64,000 nt of DNA, from contig OZ024745.1 of NCBI GenBank assembly GCA_964016885.1, forward strand, positions 57,598,001-57,662,000, in the 5' to 3' direction. Below the pieces are notes generated by a model. It was not told where the DNA came from. It searched no databases and saw only the letters and a program-made list of their open reading frames with translations. Position 1 is the first letter of the stretch. Each line of letters opens with the position of its first letter. This document shows, piece by piece, positions 26,368 to 39,533 of this stretch. Source of the DNA: Eledone cirrhosa (taxonomy: Eukaryota). The translations under genes and the position numbers were made by a program.

Positions 26368-26835
26368 ATTGTTATACTTGGGGGGGGGGGGTATATTTGT
26401 GTAATAATATTGCCAGAATTAATAACAGAACACACTCACTGTTTGGTTGGTTTTCGCTTCTGTGTCTTTTATATCGGTTAATTTAATTTATTCTGTCCTC
26501 AGTGTTACCATTGACTGACCAACGGTAAAAAATAGATATAATATAGACACAAACCTCATATATATAGTCTAACAACGTTCTTTCGTTGCACATCTGCAAC
26601 ATCGTGAGTGGTGCTATTATGTTTCCTCCTATTGTATTTGTATGCCTACGCCATCTTTATTTAGTCTGTTTATTTATTTATTTATTTATTTTTGCCCTCT
26701 TCTCTGCGCATGCGTTTGCATGTGTGTATTGTGTTTGGGTGACTGTGTATTGGTTATTGTATTCTATCTTAGTTTATTAGTATGTGTTTATATGTGTTTG
26801 TTGTTATTGTGCTTGTGTATATATTTATTTTTATT

Positions 26836-26874
<39 letters not shown>

Positions 26875-27412
26875 TACTTCTCTTAGGTCAGTATTGTTTG
26901 TTTGGGTGTTGTTGTTATTCCATTCATTTTTTTCTGTTTAGCCTTGGCCTTCTAAGTTCTATTTCGCTGGCCTCTCTGATTTGCCTATCTGCTGGGTCAT
27001 TTCTATGTTTAGATATTATTTTAATTTCTATGTTGTCTATGTTACCGTCGTGTTATTGTCTGGCATGTTCGTATAGTACTGAACCGTTTTTTCGTCCTTT
27101 TAGTTCCCCCCAGTGTTGGTCTATCCTTTCACCTATGTTGCGAGCTGTCTCACCTATGTATGTTGTTGTCATGTTTCTGCAAGTACCATCTGTACATCTA
27201 ATGGTATAGACTACGTTTCTAGTTTTACAGTTTATCCGGGGGTTTACTTTACATATAATACATTTCCTATTAGTACAGTGGGTTTTCTTAAAAGGGTAGG
27301 TTTTGCTGATCAGGGATTTTATGGTGGTTCCTGACTTTTCTACCACTTTAAACTTTAAGTGGGTCTTAGGGTTTTTCTACATTGGTTAGCTAATTTCCCC
27401 CAGGGGTAGAAA
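26368..27412 (-). mobile_element. 5'-truncated non-Naiad PLE (Neptune-like); GIY-YIG pseudogene 26872-27412
   Basis: TPGGKLA...KVVEKSG...PFKKTHC...CIIC...CKTRNVVYTIRC...YIGETAR...R...H...RQIREA...LNRKNEW. Degenerate HHR at about 26572-26611. Confidence 0.85.
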
Positions 27413-29540
27413 ATTGACCTTTCTATTTTGCTGTTAAGTAGCATTTTATCGTACCTTAAGATATGTATATCTTCAAGGTTGCAGAGCCCGCAATGGGACA
27501 TACCGCTTCTATAGGCCTTTCCGGCCGCTAATTTTGACCAGCTAATATTGTAATCAAGGTTTTTGTCCTTAAGTTTCCAGATTTTATTGGCGAGGGTTGT
27601 AGAATTCACCAGTGCGCGGTTCTTCATTGAATGTTTATGGACATACCACCTTTTTTTTAAATCACCCGCAGTGGATCCTATGTAGTGCCAGGTGGAGTTG
27701 CGCGAGTTTACAGTACACATGTACACTAATCTAGAATCTAGGCACCTATTCCGTAATGGGCACGTATCTGGTAGATGGCAATTGCAGTTTGAGGTATTAT
27801 TCCGTGCAGCTTTTACATTGCGGTTTTGTAAATTGTTATGTGCGGGTTGCTATTCATGCCTATTGAATTTTTGCTGTGGTGTGTTCAGATGCGTTTGTGG
27901 TTGTGATAGTGTTATGTGTTTGTGTTTTGTATTTGATGCTATGTTGTGTATTGGTGGGGTAATCTCCTTAGAGATAGTTTTGTGGTTGATCCTACGTATG
28001 TGTGATTCCATGTTGGCTGCAGTTGAGTATGAAAGTTTTATAGTTTTTTTATTGAAGATTTTATGGTATCCATGATAAAATGCTACTTAACAGCAAAATA
28101 GAAAGGTCAATATTCTGCAGACATAGGATTGCTACTAAATTTACGAGATTTAAACCACCGTGATTAGAACCAGCATCCCCAAAATTAATGGAAAACCACT
28201 TAGACTTTAACGTGTAAAATCCACGTTCTCACACAGCCTATTTCAGAACCATAAACTTCTATAAACACCTTCCAGGCACCCTACATCTATACCACCAAGA
28301 TGGGACGGCAATGTCTACAAACATTTACCAATTATATTGTCAGCCCATAAATCAATCTCGTCTTTGCTGTTGTTTATTCTTTCAGACCAAACAATTATAT
28401 CTACATATCTCATATTAGCACCCATGATCTCTAACAGATGAACTTAATTCTAAGTACATTATCTTATTACTCTTACACCCCTTTGAAACACTTATTATTA
28501 TTATTATTATCATCTCAATGCACCCTATGCCTAAATTTATTCATCATGTTCTCTATCTATTTACCATGCATGTTTTATTGTTGATGTTATTGTCTTAATT
28601 ATACACTATTTTGTTATTGATGTTGCGAAAACTAAACCTCCATGATTCGAACTAGCAATCCCAAAATTTAGAATAACAAACTGAATCCACAATTTCACTT
28701 AATACCAGCTAACAATAAACCATAAATCTCTATACACTCCCTCCATCAATCTCACTAAGTTGATACAACAGGAGAAAATACCTAACACAAGCTCTTAAAT
28801 GTCAAACCATAAATCAATCTCCATTTTATTGTTGGCAGGGGTCAGACCCACGGCTCACTTGTATCTAAATCTCTCATAATTGTACTGAAGTGTAGATTCC
28901 TAAACCTGACTCTAAGTACATTTTATTATTTATCCCTTCATCAAGGGCGGTGAATTGGCAGTATCAGTAGAGGGTTGGACGCCATGCTTTGACGCATAGA
29001 GTTACGGCCCTTGCCATTCTGAGTTCAAATCCCGCCGAGATTAACTTTGCCTTTCATCCTTACGGGGTCGATAAAATAAAGTACCAGTAATGTACTGGGT
29101 AATTGCTGGCCTTGTGCCAAAAGTAGAAACAATTATTTATCCCTTCATCTAACTCATCCCTTGACTACTACCTCTAATGTACCCTATGGTAGATTTCGCA
29201 CTTCACTTAATACATCTATATCATATCTGCTTGTTTACCATTGTTGTTTTATCACTATTTCTTACTTGTATTGATGTTATTGTTTTAATTATTCACTATC
29301 TAGTTAGTTTGTTACTGATGTTATTGTTCTGGTCTAACATCACTCTCCTATAAAAGCCATGCCTTGCGTATCATCCTCATATCCACGTACTCTGGTGTAT
29401 TGACTGGTTCTAAACAAAGTACTAGAGATCGATTGACGTAACACCAAGCGATTAGCGAGCTCTAGACCGACCAGATCAACGAAACAATTGTCAGCACTGT
29501 GAATAAAGCCCTTATTGTACAGCCAACCATGTTACTCTTA
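27413..29540 (+). mobile_element. Truncated Naiad PLE (copy C) with 5' inversion (27413-28072 on -, 28074 onward on +)
   Basis: Minus part: YHKIFNKKTIKLSYS...CNCH..CP...C..VY...YIGST...CGLCNLE...LLNSKIERSI. Plus part resumes DKMLLNSKIERSIFCRH...FKPP* (ends 28163). The 3' region has a ~480-bp diverged tandem duplication and a degenerate HHR at 29387-29497. Confidence 0.85.
28943..29131 (+). mobile_element. Full-length tRNA/Meta-type SINE with 18-bp TSD
   Basis: GGCGGTGAATTGGCAG...GAGTTCAAATCCCGCC...core. TSD ATTATTTATCCCTTCATC at 28925-28942 and 29132-29149. Confidence 0.92.
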
Positions 29541-29552
29541 CTTTTTTAATGA

Positions 29553-29596
<44 letters not shown>

Positions 29597-29656
29597 TATT
29601 TCGTTTCTGAATTTGTTTAGCAAGATTCTTTATCTGAAATCGTGTGTTGAAACCGA

Positions 29657-29792
29657 TATTGTTATACTTTGGGAGGGTCATGTTATAAGTTTGTAGATTT
29701 GTAAATTTATAAATTTTTAAATATATATTAAATTGAAGTGAAAGCAACTGGTGCGTGTGTTTCTTATTGGCAACATGACCCTCCCAAAGTAT

Positions 29793-29800
<8 letters not shown>
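29657..29800. repeat. Short fold-back 3' end of the CATGACCCTCCCAAAGTATAACAAT family (compare 8444-8465 and 58040-58155)
   Basis: Inverted terminal ~28 bp; interior matches 58045-58155. Confidence 0.75.
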
Positions 29801-29834
<34 letters not shown>

Positions 29835-29964
29835 GCTTAGAGGATGAAAAATGTATTCAATATTTCAAACTACGCACAAGTAGAGATATAGTAATTATCA
29901 AGGTTGGTGGGGCTGCAAAAAGAATAATCATAATCATATTACTTGCAACTTGACAGGTGGCAGA

Positions 29965-30027
29965 ATAATTGTTTCTACTTTTCGCACAAGGTCAGCAATT
30001 ACCCAGTGCATTACTGGTACTTTATTT
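29965..30027 (-). mobile_element. SINE 3' fragment
   Basis: Reverse complement of AAATAAAGTACCAGTAATGCACTGGGTAATTGCTG...GTAGAAACAATTATT. Confidence 0.75.
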
Positions 30028-30623
30028 TAAGATGAGCCGTGGTATAGAGTCAATACAAATGAGGCTGAATTTCGGAAAGGGTGAAAATTAAGGGAAATGT
30101 AGATCCTGAAAGTAGTATTGCTATGATTTCGGGGAATCGATCGCGTTAACTGCGAGGGGAAAATAAGTAAACACATAACTATAAATTTATATTTAAAGAC
30201 CAGAAAAAGATAAAAAATAAAAAAATTAAAAACAAAATGTAAAAGATGAAAGTTAAGCAACAAAAAAATTAATTTTTTACACACGTATATGAACTGATCG
30301 AGGCACCTCTGTTTAGAGTTGCATTGTGCTTTGCACATATAAACTCACGTACCTAATAATATATCGAGTAAGAGTCGATTCCCTCTCATTAGGATTGCAC
30401 CCTGAGCTAACCGTTATTGAAACATTTGTAATATGCCAATACAGTTTATATATATACTACAACAAAGTCTTAGAACCTACACACTTTACACTCTGCACAC
30501 TGCAGCTGCCTTAACTCTGGAATACAGACCAACACAAGACGGACCAGCATCGTGTGCTTCAAACCTCGCACCACATGTAACTGTAGTTACACATCTATAT
30601 AACGTACACACATGACCCCCCCC

Positions 30624-30672
<49 letters not shown>

Positions 30673-30676
<4 letters not shown>

Positions 30677-31794
30677 AATAATGGAGCTGCGGCGCTGCAA
30701 ATGGGTTACATATGAAAAAGTTTGTCCTCATCAGTGGCCATCCAACCGTCGTAGGCATTTCGTCGCATTAAAGGCCATATACCTCAGGTTGGTGCGAGCA
30801 ACGGCTAAAAAAAAGTCGTTGGGACACGTAAATAAAGGGGACGCTAGGGTAAACAAACAAAATGGTTTAAGCAGCAGAAAGAGAGGAAGAAGGAAACAAG
30901 TCCCAGATTTCTATGAATATAAATTCGGTGGAATCGTGAACGAGAGAATAAAGACCATCAAACCTGGTTGAAATGTGAGCAAGGAAGGAATTTCGCACAG
31001 GTCTAACGGGAGGAAGAAGGGGTCTCCATTTTGTTTGTTTACCCTAGCGTCCCCTTTATTTACATGTCCCAACGACTTTTTTTTTAAAGTTGCTCGCACC
31101 AACCTGAGGTATATGGCCTTTAATGCGACGAAATGCCTACGACGGTTGGATGGCCACTGATGAGGACAAACTTTTTCATATGTAACCCATTTGCAGCGCC
31201 GCAGCTCCATTATTATCATATTTACACATATATTTTTTCCCTCGCTGCCACCAGTCTGTTTCGTTCTTTGTGTCTTTACCCTTTCTAGCAGTCTCTCTCT
31301 GTTAGCCTCTTCCTCACCTTTCACTCACTCACTCTCCGTCACTACCTCTCCTCCTCCCCTTTCTTCCCGTTTGACCTGTCCACAATCCTTTTCTCGCGGG
31401 CACTTGGCCAAGTCGGTATGAATTTTTTTCTCTCTCTCTCTCGTCTGCGACTTTACAGAACTTATGTTTACCGAATTCGCAGACCAGACCCCTTCTTCCT
31501 CCCGTTAGACCTGTGCGAAATTCCTTCCTTGCTCACATTTCAACCAGGTTTGATGGTCTTTATTCTCTCGTTCACGATTCCACCGAATTTATATTCATAG
31601 AAATCTGGGGCTTGTTTCCTTCTTCCTCTCTTTCTGCTTGCTTAAACCATTTTGTTTGTTTACCCTAGCGTCCCCTTTATTTACGTGTCCCAACGACTTT
31701 TTTTTAGCCGTTGCTCGCACCAACCTGAGGTATATGGCCTTTAATGCGACGAAATGCCTACGACGGTTGGATGGCCACTGATGAGGACAAACTT

Positions 31795-31800
<6 letters not shown>
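30673..31800. repeat. Three-copy inverted module (A-B / A' / B'-A')
   Basis: 30673-30865 is inverted at 31027-31218; about 30712-31022 is inverted at 31489-31801; near-identical copies bounded by (TA)n. Confidence 0.85.
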
Positions 31801-31865
<65 letters not shown>

Positions 31866-32125
31866 GTGTGTGTGTGTGTGTGTGTGTGCGCTGCGTATGT
31901 ATACACACACACATCTTCGTTGTCCATGATGACTTCATTATTGTTGTTCCCGTCTGCCGTGGGCACAAATGTGGCTGTGGAGGCCGATTCTTGACTTGCA
32001 GGTCCGGGGACAGTGGGGGCAGGGATGGAGACCGGATTCGCTTGGGGCAGCTGCTGATGCCTTTCTCCTCCTTTCACGGGCCTCAGTGCCCTCTGCCCGT
32101 CTCTTCTCTTCAAAAGAGTCTTATG

Positions 32126-32215
<90 letters not shown>

Positions 32216-32261
32216 CTGTGTGTGTGTGTGTGTGTATGTGTGTGTGTGTGTGTGTGTTTGT

Positions 32262-32304
<43 letters not shown>

Positions 32305-32664
32305 TATATAGGCATATAACGAAAAACCTGTTGATAACGTGAGTCCACATTTCGATCATAGAATACCACAAACTTGCATGTTGCGCAAGTAGGATTGATG
32401 ATTTCGAATTCATAGAAACCTATCAGACGTATTGCATAATATCGTTCGATTTGTCCACGTCAGTTGTCTAACCTGATTAGTTTTTTCGTTGATTTGGTAT
32501 TATGTGGCTAAGTTTACCTGCCGCAATTTTCAATTTGTCAAGCTTTCTAAACGTATGTTATTACTCTAAGACCTAAAATCCTATCGAGTGCTTTGCTGCA
32601 CATTCCTAATTGTATATCGTTAGCTTGGCCACAGCCAAAACTTCGATTTTACTAAGCTTCCACT

Positions 32665-32708
<44 letters not shown>

Positions 32709-32713
<5 letters not shown>

Positions 32714-32875
32714 GAAAAAGTATGACCCCGACGGCAGAGCTCAAGCCGTTTCGACGGCTTAAGCTCTGCCGTCGGGGTCATACTTTTTTCCTATTTCCCT
32801 CTCTACTACCCTAAGTATTGAGTACTCTGGTGCGTTATGGTCCATCTGGTTCCTTACCACAATTCCTTTGTTATA
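32709..32875. mobile_element. Fold-back PLE 3' end retaining the HHR 3' half
   Basis: AAAAAGTATGACCCCGACGGCAGAGCT / AGCTCTGCCGTCGGGGTCATACTTTTT. Tail matches 56292-56370 (-). Confidence 0.75.
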
Positions 32876-32878
32876 TAT

Positions 32879-33657
32879 ATATACTATATTATATTTTGAG
32901 ATTAAACTCTCAGTCGTTTACAATTAATCAGCTCCAAGAAAGAGGCATTTCCGAGCAGTTAAATACATGTTATACATTAATATATATGATAAACACAAAA
33001 CGTGTTTGCATTGCAACAGACAAAGTTAGCTATCAATGAAATAAATTAATTAAAGTGAATACAATTTGTCTGTCTCGATATAAGTCAATAAAGACAAGCT
33101 TATATTGGCAAAAGCCGTGATTCCTGGACAAATCTAAATTTCAAAATCCAAACCCGCTCCGTAGATGAATTTGAACTTCGAAACCTAAATATGTTTCGCA
33201 ACGATGGTACATGAATTGAAAAATAAAGAGAATCGAAATGGAATTGAAATAAAAAGTGAAATATCCAAATCTTCTGTGCTTATCAACAGGAATCCAGTAA
33301 AATTAGTACATTCCACCATCAAAAATTTTGCAGGTCTGACTACACGTGCGTGTAGCCAGCCAAACTAGCCGTCCCGCATTCCCGGTGCTAGAAATAACAG
33401 CCGTTTATACGGGATTAAAGATCAGCTCTACAGTTAAGGAGCAATATACTATATTATATTTTGAGATTAAACTCTCAGTCGTTTACAATTAATCAGCTCC
33501 AATCGGCTTTTGCCAATATAAGCTTGTCTTTATTGACTTATATCGAGACAAACAAATTGTATTCACTTTAATTAGTTTATTTCATTGATAGCTAACTTTG
33601 TCTGTTGCAATGCAAACACGTTTTGTGTTTATCATATATATTAATGTATAACATGTA
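32879..33657. repeat. Rearranged repeat with direct (32879-32936 / 33445-33502) and inverted (32963-33117 / 33505-33658) duplications
   Basis: Near-identical blocks seen by direct reading. Confidence 0.8.
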
Positions 33658-33676
33658 TATATATATATATATATAG

Positions 33677-33778
33677 TAATTGTTTTTACTTTAGGCACAA
33701 GGCCAGCAATTATTCCAGTGTATTACTGGTACTTTATTTTATCGACCCCGTAAGGATGAAAGGCAAAGTTAACCTCGT
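33677..33778 (-). mobile_element. SINE 3' half
   Basis: Reverse complement of the Meta-type core and tail. Confidence 0.85.
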
Positions 33779-34605
33779 ATAAATTTGAAGACTAAAATCC
33801 AAAGAAGGCTCGATAAGCATAAATATATATCAAATATATAAGAAACGTAGACCAAATATTTATTAAAATAACAGATTAAAGTTTCTGTTATTTTAATAAA
33901 TATATATATATATATATATAAAATAATTAAGTAACATCTCTCTCTCTATATATATATATACATACATATATATGACTACTGGAGAGGACTGCTTCCACAA
34001 TGCTCATAATTGAAGTAGCAATCAAAAACAAAAACACCACAACATTGCACCTGTCTTAAGAGAACTGGTGAAAGGGTTATTATGGAATCACTATATTACA
34101 GTTACCATCGAAATACCTATAACAGTATGTAATCTATAATGTTAGTTAAAACCTAACATACTGGCTTCTACTTTATTTTTATTCCAATACTCCGGAGTGC
34201 ACAATATGATATATATTGCTTATATTTGTGTCGGTTTGATTAACAATCACGTTTTTCTCTTAATAAACATCTCCATTGACAAATACATTTCACCATTTGA
34301 GAGAATCATTAAATAAACAAAAATCATTGAATGTACACTGATGTCTAGCTATAGTGGGGCCATTACCCGTCTCTCGTCTAGATTGGAGTGAAATTACAAA
34401 CATGATTTTTCCATGCATTAGTATACATGAATATATATATGTACACATATGTGAATTGTGTTTCGCTCTTTTTTCTCTGCCTTTTTTCCCTTCTCACTAT
34501 CTCTCTCTCTCTCTATCTTTCTCTCTCTCTCATCCTCGCTCTCTTTCTCTCTATCTTTCTCTCTCTCTCACCCTCTCTCTCTTTCTCTATCTCTCTCACC
34601 CTCTC

Positions 34606-34710
<105 letters not shown>

Positions 34711-34833
34711 GGTATTAAAATACATACTTTGTATGTCGATATATGTGGGTATATATGCGTTTGGGTGTATAAATATTATATGTAGATATATGTGTGTGTA
34801 TGTGTGTATATATGCGTATATAAATAAATATAT

Positions 34834-34881
<48 letters not shown>

Positions 34882-35519
34882 GGGGGGGGGCGTATACAGA
34901 ATAAATGGAGAAGAAGGCAATACGTTTATAACCAAACTTTACATCTTACACGGTGTTTCATCTATAAATAACGAGTAACAGTTCACAAATATATCTGCGT
35001 GTGTACGCGTGCATATATATGGTTGTTAGTAGTATTAGTATAGAACCTTCAGAGAAGAAAGAATCATTTATGCTGATGTTATTTAATGTTAGTCCAACTA
35101 ATCATTCCTTGTATAAACATTCCTTTAAATGAGAGGTAAATAGACTTCAGAGTGCATAGCGTATGAAGATGAAATCGAATAAGCCTAATTTGTAAATAAA
35201 AATGGCTGTTACAAAGTGACGTAATAATAAGGGAGGTAACTATGTTGCATTTATTAGAAACAATTTTGGGGAAAGGTGTTTAATAATTATAACATGCCAA
35301 GTTAAGTGATACTGGTAGGGTAGATGTTATGTGGTGTATTGTGAGCTATAGCTAGTTCCCAGTTAAGTAGTTAGTTCTGAGCAGTAGTGATTTAGATAAT
35401 ATGGCTAATCTATCAGAGGTAGTTAATAGGTGTTTTATGTTTGAATGAGAAGAAAAAAGGTTGTGAGTAAAAAGGTTACACTGGGACAAAGATTAGAGAA
35501 AGATTACGGGAGCCGATGT

Positions 35520-35905
35520 AGGCAACATATTACGGTTTCTGCCCTATTGTTAATAAGTCTATAAGGTGAGGATATAATCGCTTCCACCAGGCATCCTTTT
35601 AAAGTTATAAGAGGTTGCTCTGTCTATTATACTCCATTATGTTGTGTAACTTGAGTCAGATTCTGTTAGTTGAGTGATATAGTTTGCGAGAGAGTTTGAG
35701 AACTTCAGTTTTCTATTCTTAAACGAGAGGGGATGTGTTCTGAATCGTGCTTTGAATAGATTAGAAGTAGCCCTTATGTAGGATTTAGTACTATTGTCAG
35801 TAGTTACAGTACACTTGTATATTACATTACTAACTAGGCACTGACGCTGACGTGGACAGTTGTTAGGGGTTCTACAATTGCAATTTTTGTGGTTACTATT
35901 TCTAG
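35520..35905 (-). pseudogene. Naiad GIY-YIG fragment
   Basis: KNCNCRTPNNCPRQRQCLVSNVIYKCTVTT...YIRATSNLFKARFRTH...SLANYI...*WSII. Confidence 0.85.
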
Positions 35906-36420
35906 GTGCGCTTGGAGACTGGAATGTCTTCAGGCGCTTACATCCACGACCAGTCGGGCAATGCTATCGGTGGAAAGTTCACCTTGGCGTTCTATAGAGG
36001 GTTAATGGAGGGAGAGAGCGACGAAGTCCTTTGGGAGACTCTGAGAGTCGACAAAAATAAACTAGCCAACCTCGTCGGGAGAATTTTGGGGCCCAGGCCC
36101 GTGGACAACTTCCTGTACCCCTGGCCTGTCAGTGCTACCGAGGAGCTTTGCTAGTTCGGGATACACTCTACAGGCATTGATGTTCCGTCAGCCGGGCCTG
36201 TCCGAGATGCGCGCAGGGCGATGAAACGGTCCTTCACGCACTCGTCCAGTGTCCGAGCATTGCTGACTTGTGAGTTTATGTCGAACACCTGCTGTCGCGT
36301 GTAGGACGGATCCAGCTATCAGCTGAGTCCATCGTGAGGATTACCTCGCCGCCTTCCTTTAGCCGGGAAGAGCAGGCAATTTTTATCTGCCTGGTGGCCA
36401 TGGTAAAATAGATTATATAG
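35906..36420 (+). mobile_element. Tx1/L1-like LINE ORF2 3' fragment (CCHC region)
   Basis: YRGALLVRDTLYRH*CSVSRACPRCAQGDETVLHALVQCP. Homologous to 37960-38270. Confidence 0.8.
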
Positions 36421-36436
36421 TGGACAGGTCTGAAAG

Positions 36437-38700
36437 AGTTGCAGCCGACAAGGAATCCGACAAGGAATCCGACATGGAGTATGAGGCGGGAGAGAAGTGG
36501 CGAACGGTCTCCCACAAAAATGAAAAATGAAAAAATCCTTTAGCTTCACCCTCCAAAAGCAAAGGCAAACGAAGAAGGGTAAAGGCTGCAAGGAGACTTG
36601 CAGCAACACCACCATCATCACAATCACCACCACAAGCATCACCACCAACAACAACCACACCACCACCAGCATCGCAAACACAACTAGGCACACACACCCA
36701 ACGTCAACAACAAGAAAACAGCAACAACACCACCCCTCACCCCCAAAATACACAGCCATAAACATGGTATATAGAGAAATCTTAAAACATATAAAGCAGC
36801 ACACAGACAACACAGACACAAATTACTACACCCCAGCAACACTAAGAACTCTCCAGAAAAATATAAACATCATTGAAATCAAAATACAATATTATAAACT
36901 CTTAAAAAGAAAACTCCCCAACGCAGTTGAAGACTTCAGACGGTCGGTTACCAAGAGGATATACACCAACATCATCTTGGAAACAACCATAATCAGCCAA
37001 AGGGACGATTCAACTGTCCCTCTCCCACACGATCAGAGTAGGTGTTCCTTTCTCACTTACTCCATTCCTCACCCAATATGGCATTACTTAGAATAGGCAG
37101 TATAAATGTACGTGGCCTTGGGTCATTTTGGAAGCAGGGCCACCTGCTTAACGATCTCAGGTCACTAAACATAGATGTGGTGGCCATCAGCGAGACCATA
37201 ATTTCCGAAGCACGAGCCTTCGCACGGATCTTCGGCGGCTACGATGTATACGCATCTCCCAGCCGTTCAGGATCGGGGGGAGAAGTTGCTGTGCTTTTTT
37301 GGAGTTGCTTGGATCTCGCCATACGGGCCATCTTCCTGGACCCAGAAGGTAAGTCGGTGGTGCTGGACATGACCGGCAGCGAAGGCAATGCTTTCAGGCT
37401 AGTAGCCGTCTATGTCCCAACAGAGGCAGGACGGCCAGATTTCTCCAGACGTCTAGAGACCCTTCTTGGAACGTCCCGCTCTTTAGTGTTAGTGGGCGAC
37501 TGGAACGGTACCTTAGATGCACGCTGGGATTATGTGGGGCTAGTAGACAGGGCAGGAGGGTGTAAAACCCTCAACAACCTGCTCATACGTTTTGAACTGT
37601 CTATATTATCCGAATGTGCCAATATGGACATGGGCAAATTGCATCGGGTCATCCAGATCGTATTTAGATAAGGTATTCTGGAGGGAAACAGATAAGGCTA
37701 GTGTAGGTTGTCCACAATTTAATGTTGTCGACACGGACCACAAATTTGTGATCTGGGAAGGTCACTTAGATAGACTCCATAGGCAAGAGCCCAGTTACTG
37801 GAAGCTGAACGCGTCGTTCCCGGCGCGCGAAGCTTACGGAGACCGTATTAGCGAATTAGTTAAGTGTGCGTTGACGGGTTCGATCGTCAACAACAGGTGG
37901 TGGTTTACCCTGAAAAGGGCTATTAGATTAGAATCGATAAAGTTTAGCAAAAGAGTAGTGATAACTTCCAAAATCCCTGGCCTGGCAGTACTACCGGGGA
38001 GCGTTGCCCGTTCGAGATAAGCTCTACAGGCAAGGAAGTGCCGTCAGCCGAGCCTGTCCGAGATGCGTGCAGAGCGACGAAACCGTCGTGCACGCACTCG
38101 TTCAGTTCCCGAGCGTTGTTGACATGTGGAGCTATGTCGAACAGTTGCTGTCGAGTGTAGGACTGATCCTGTTATCGACTGAGTCCACTGTACAGATGGA
38201 CTCGCCGTCTTCCTTCGAGGAGGAAGGGCAGCCGGTTTTCATCTTCCTGGTGGCCAGGGCGAAATAGATTTTGTGGTGGACAAGGTTGAAAGGGTTAAAG
38301 ATAGACACTTTCCTCCTCGGCGAATCCCTAATTAACTTTTTCAAGTTTCACTTGAAGAGGAAAATCAGGGTGGAGAGGCAAGTGCTGCCTTCTAGCAAGT
38401 ATGTTGAAAGGTGGGTGAATGTAGCGAGAATGGTCCGAGTGAACGGGACCGCTCTGAATATACGCCTATAGTTTGAGAAATGGAAAAATTCAGTGTGGGC
38501 TTGCCCTGGTGGTCAGGGTGGCCGTGGTATTTTGTGTGGTTTTAGCCACGAGTAACCCTCAGAGGTTTCCCTCCTATTGGGGAATTTTTTTATTGTTTCA
38601 ATTTTCATTTTTATTGTTTATATATTTTTATTGTTTTTATTGTTTTATTGTTCTATGTCTTTTTCTTTTTCTTTTCTTATATAAATAATAAAAATCTTTA
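36437..38700 (+). mobile_element. Tx1/L1-like LINE: ORF1 remnant, APE endonuclease, RT deleted, C-terminal zinc knuckle, 3' UTR
   Basis: MALLRIGSINVRGL...VAISET...VAVYVP...VGDWN...WTW...SYLD...TDH...YWKLN is joined at about 37957 to ALPVRDKL...CPRC...ETVVHAL. T-rich UTR and AATAAA near 38686. Confidence 0.85.
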
Positions 38701-39004
38701 CACGCACAAAACCCACATCGTACCGTCCTGTACCGTCCTGTGTCGTCTGTAATTTTAAATTTTAATATGTCGCCTGCATATTAAAACATATCTCAGGAGC
38801 TTTCGCATCCAGGGTCAGGTTCGATCATTAATAGATCGTTCCCCGAGCTGATAAACAGTGAAACATATGTAATATGTAATAAATATGTATATGATGCAAC
38901 AGTGATTCTTTGTTCGTTATATATTAATAGTATTGATACTATGCTCCTCAACACACACACACCCACAGACACCACCACCCACCACATAAACAGATATATG
39001 TATG

Positions 39005-39060
<56 letters not shown>

Positions 39061-39129
39061 CATATATATATACATATATAATATATATAAATATATAATA
39101 TATATACATATATATATATACATATATAC

Positions 39130-39173
<44 letters not shown>

Positions 39174-39182
39174 CATATATAC

Positions 39183-39230
<48 letters not shown>

Positions 39231-39250
39231 TACATATATATGTATATACA

Positions 39251-39281
<31 letters not shown>

Positions 39282-39292
39282 GTATACATATA

Positions 39293-39329
<37 letters not shown>

Positions 39330-39336
39330 GTACATA

Positions 39337-39390
<54 letters not shown>

Positions 39391-39394
39391 CATG

Positions 39395-39482
<88 letters not shown>

Positions 39483-39484
39483 CA

Positions 39485-39529
<45 letters not shown>

Positions 39530-39533
<4 letters not shown>

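Noticed and set aside
31595-32413. 272-aa ORF
   Set aside because: Patchwork of microsatellites, a repeat arm and a 200-bp GC-rich fragment (possibly LINE ORF1); not a gene.
36527-37096. Thr-rich 189-aa ORF as a host mucin-like gene
   Set aside because: Lies in the ORF1 position of the Tx1-like LINE, with (CAC/CAA)n low complexity.
38793-38875. CTGATAA-ac a gt-GAAACATATGTA and an opposite-strand GCGAAAGCTC
   Set aside because: Core or stems incomplete on both strands; relic at most.
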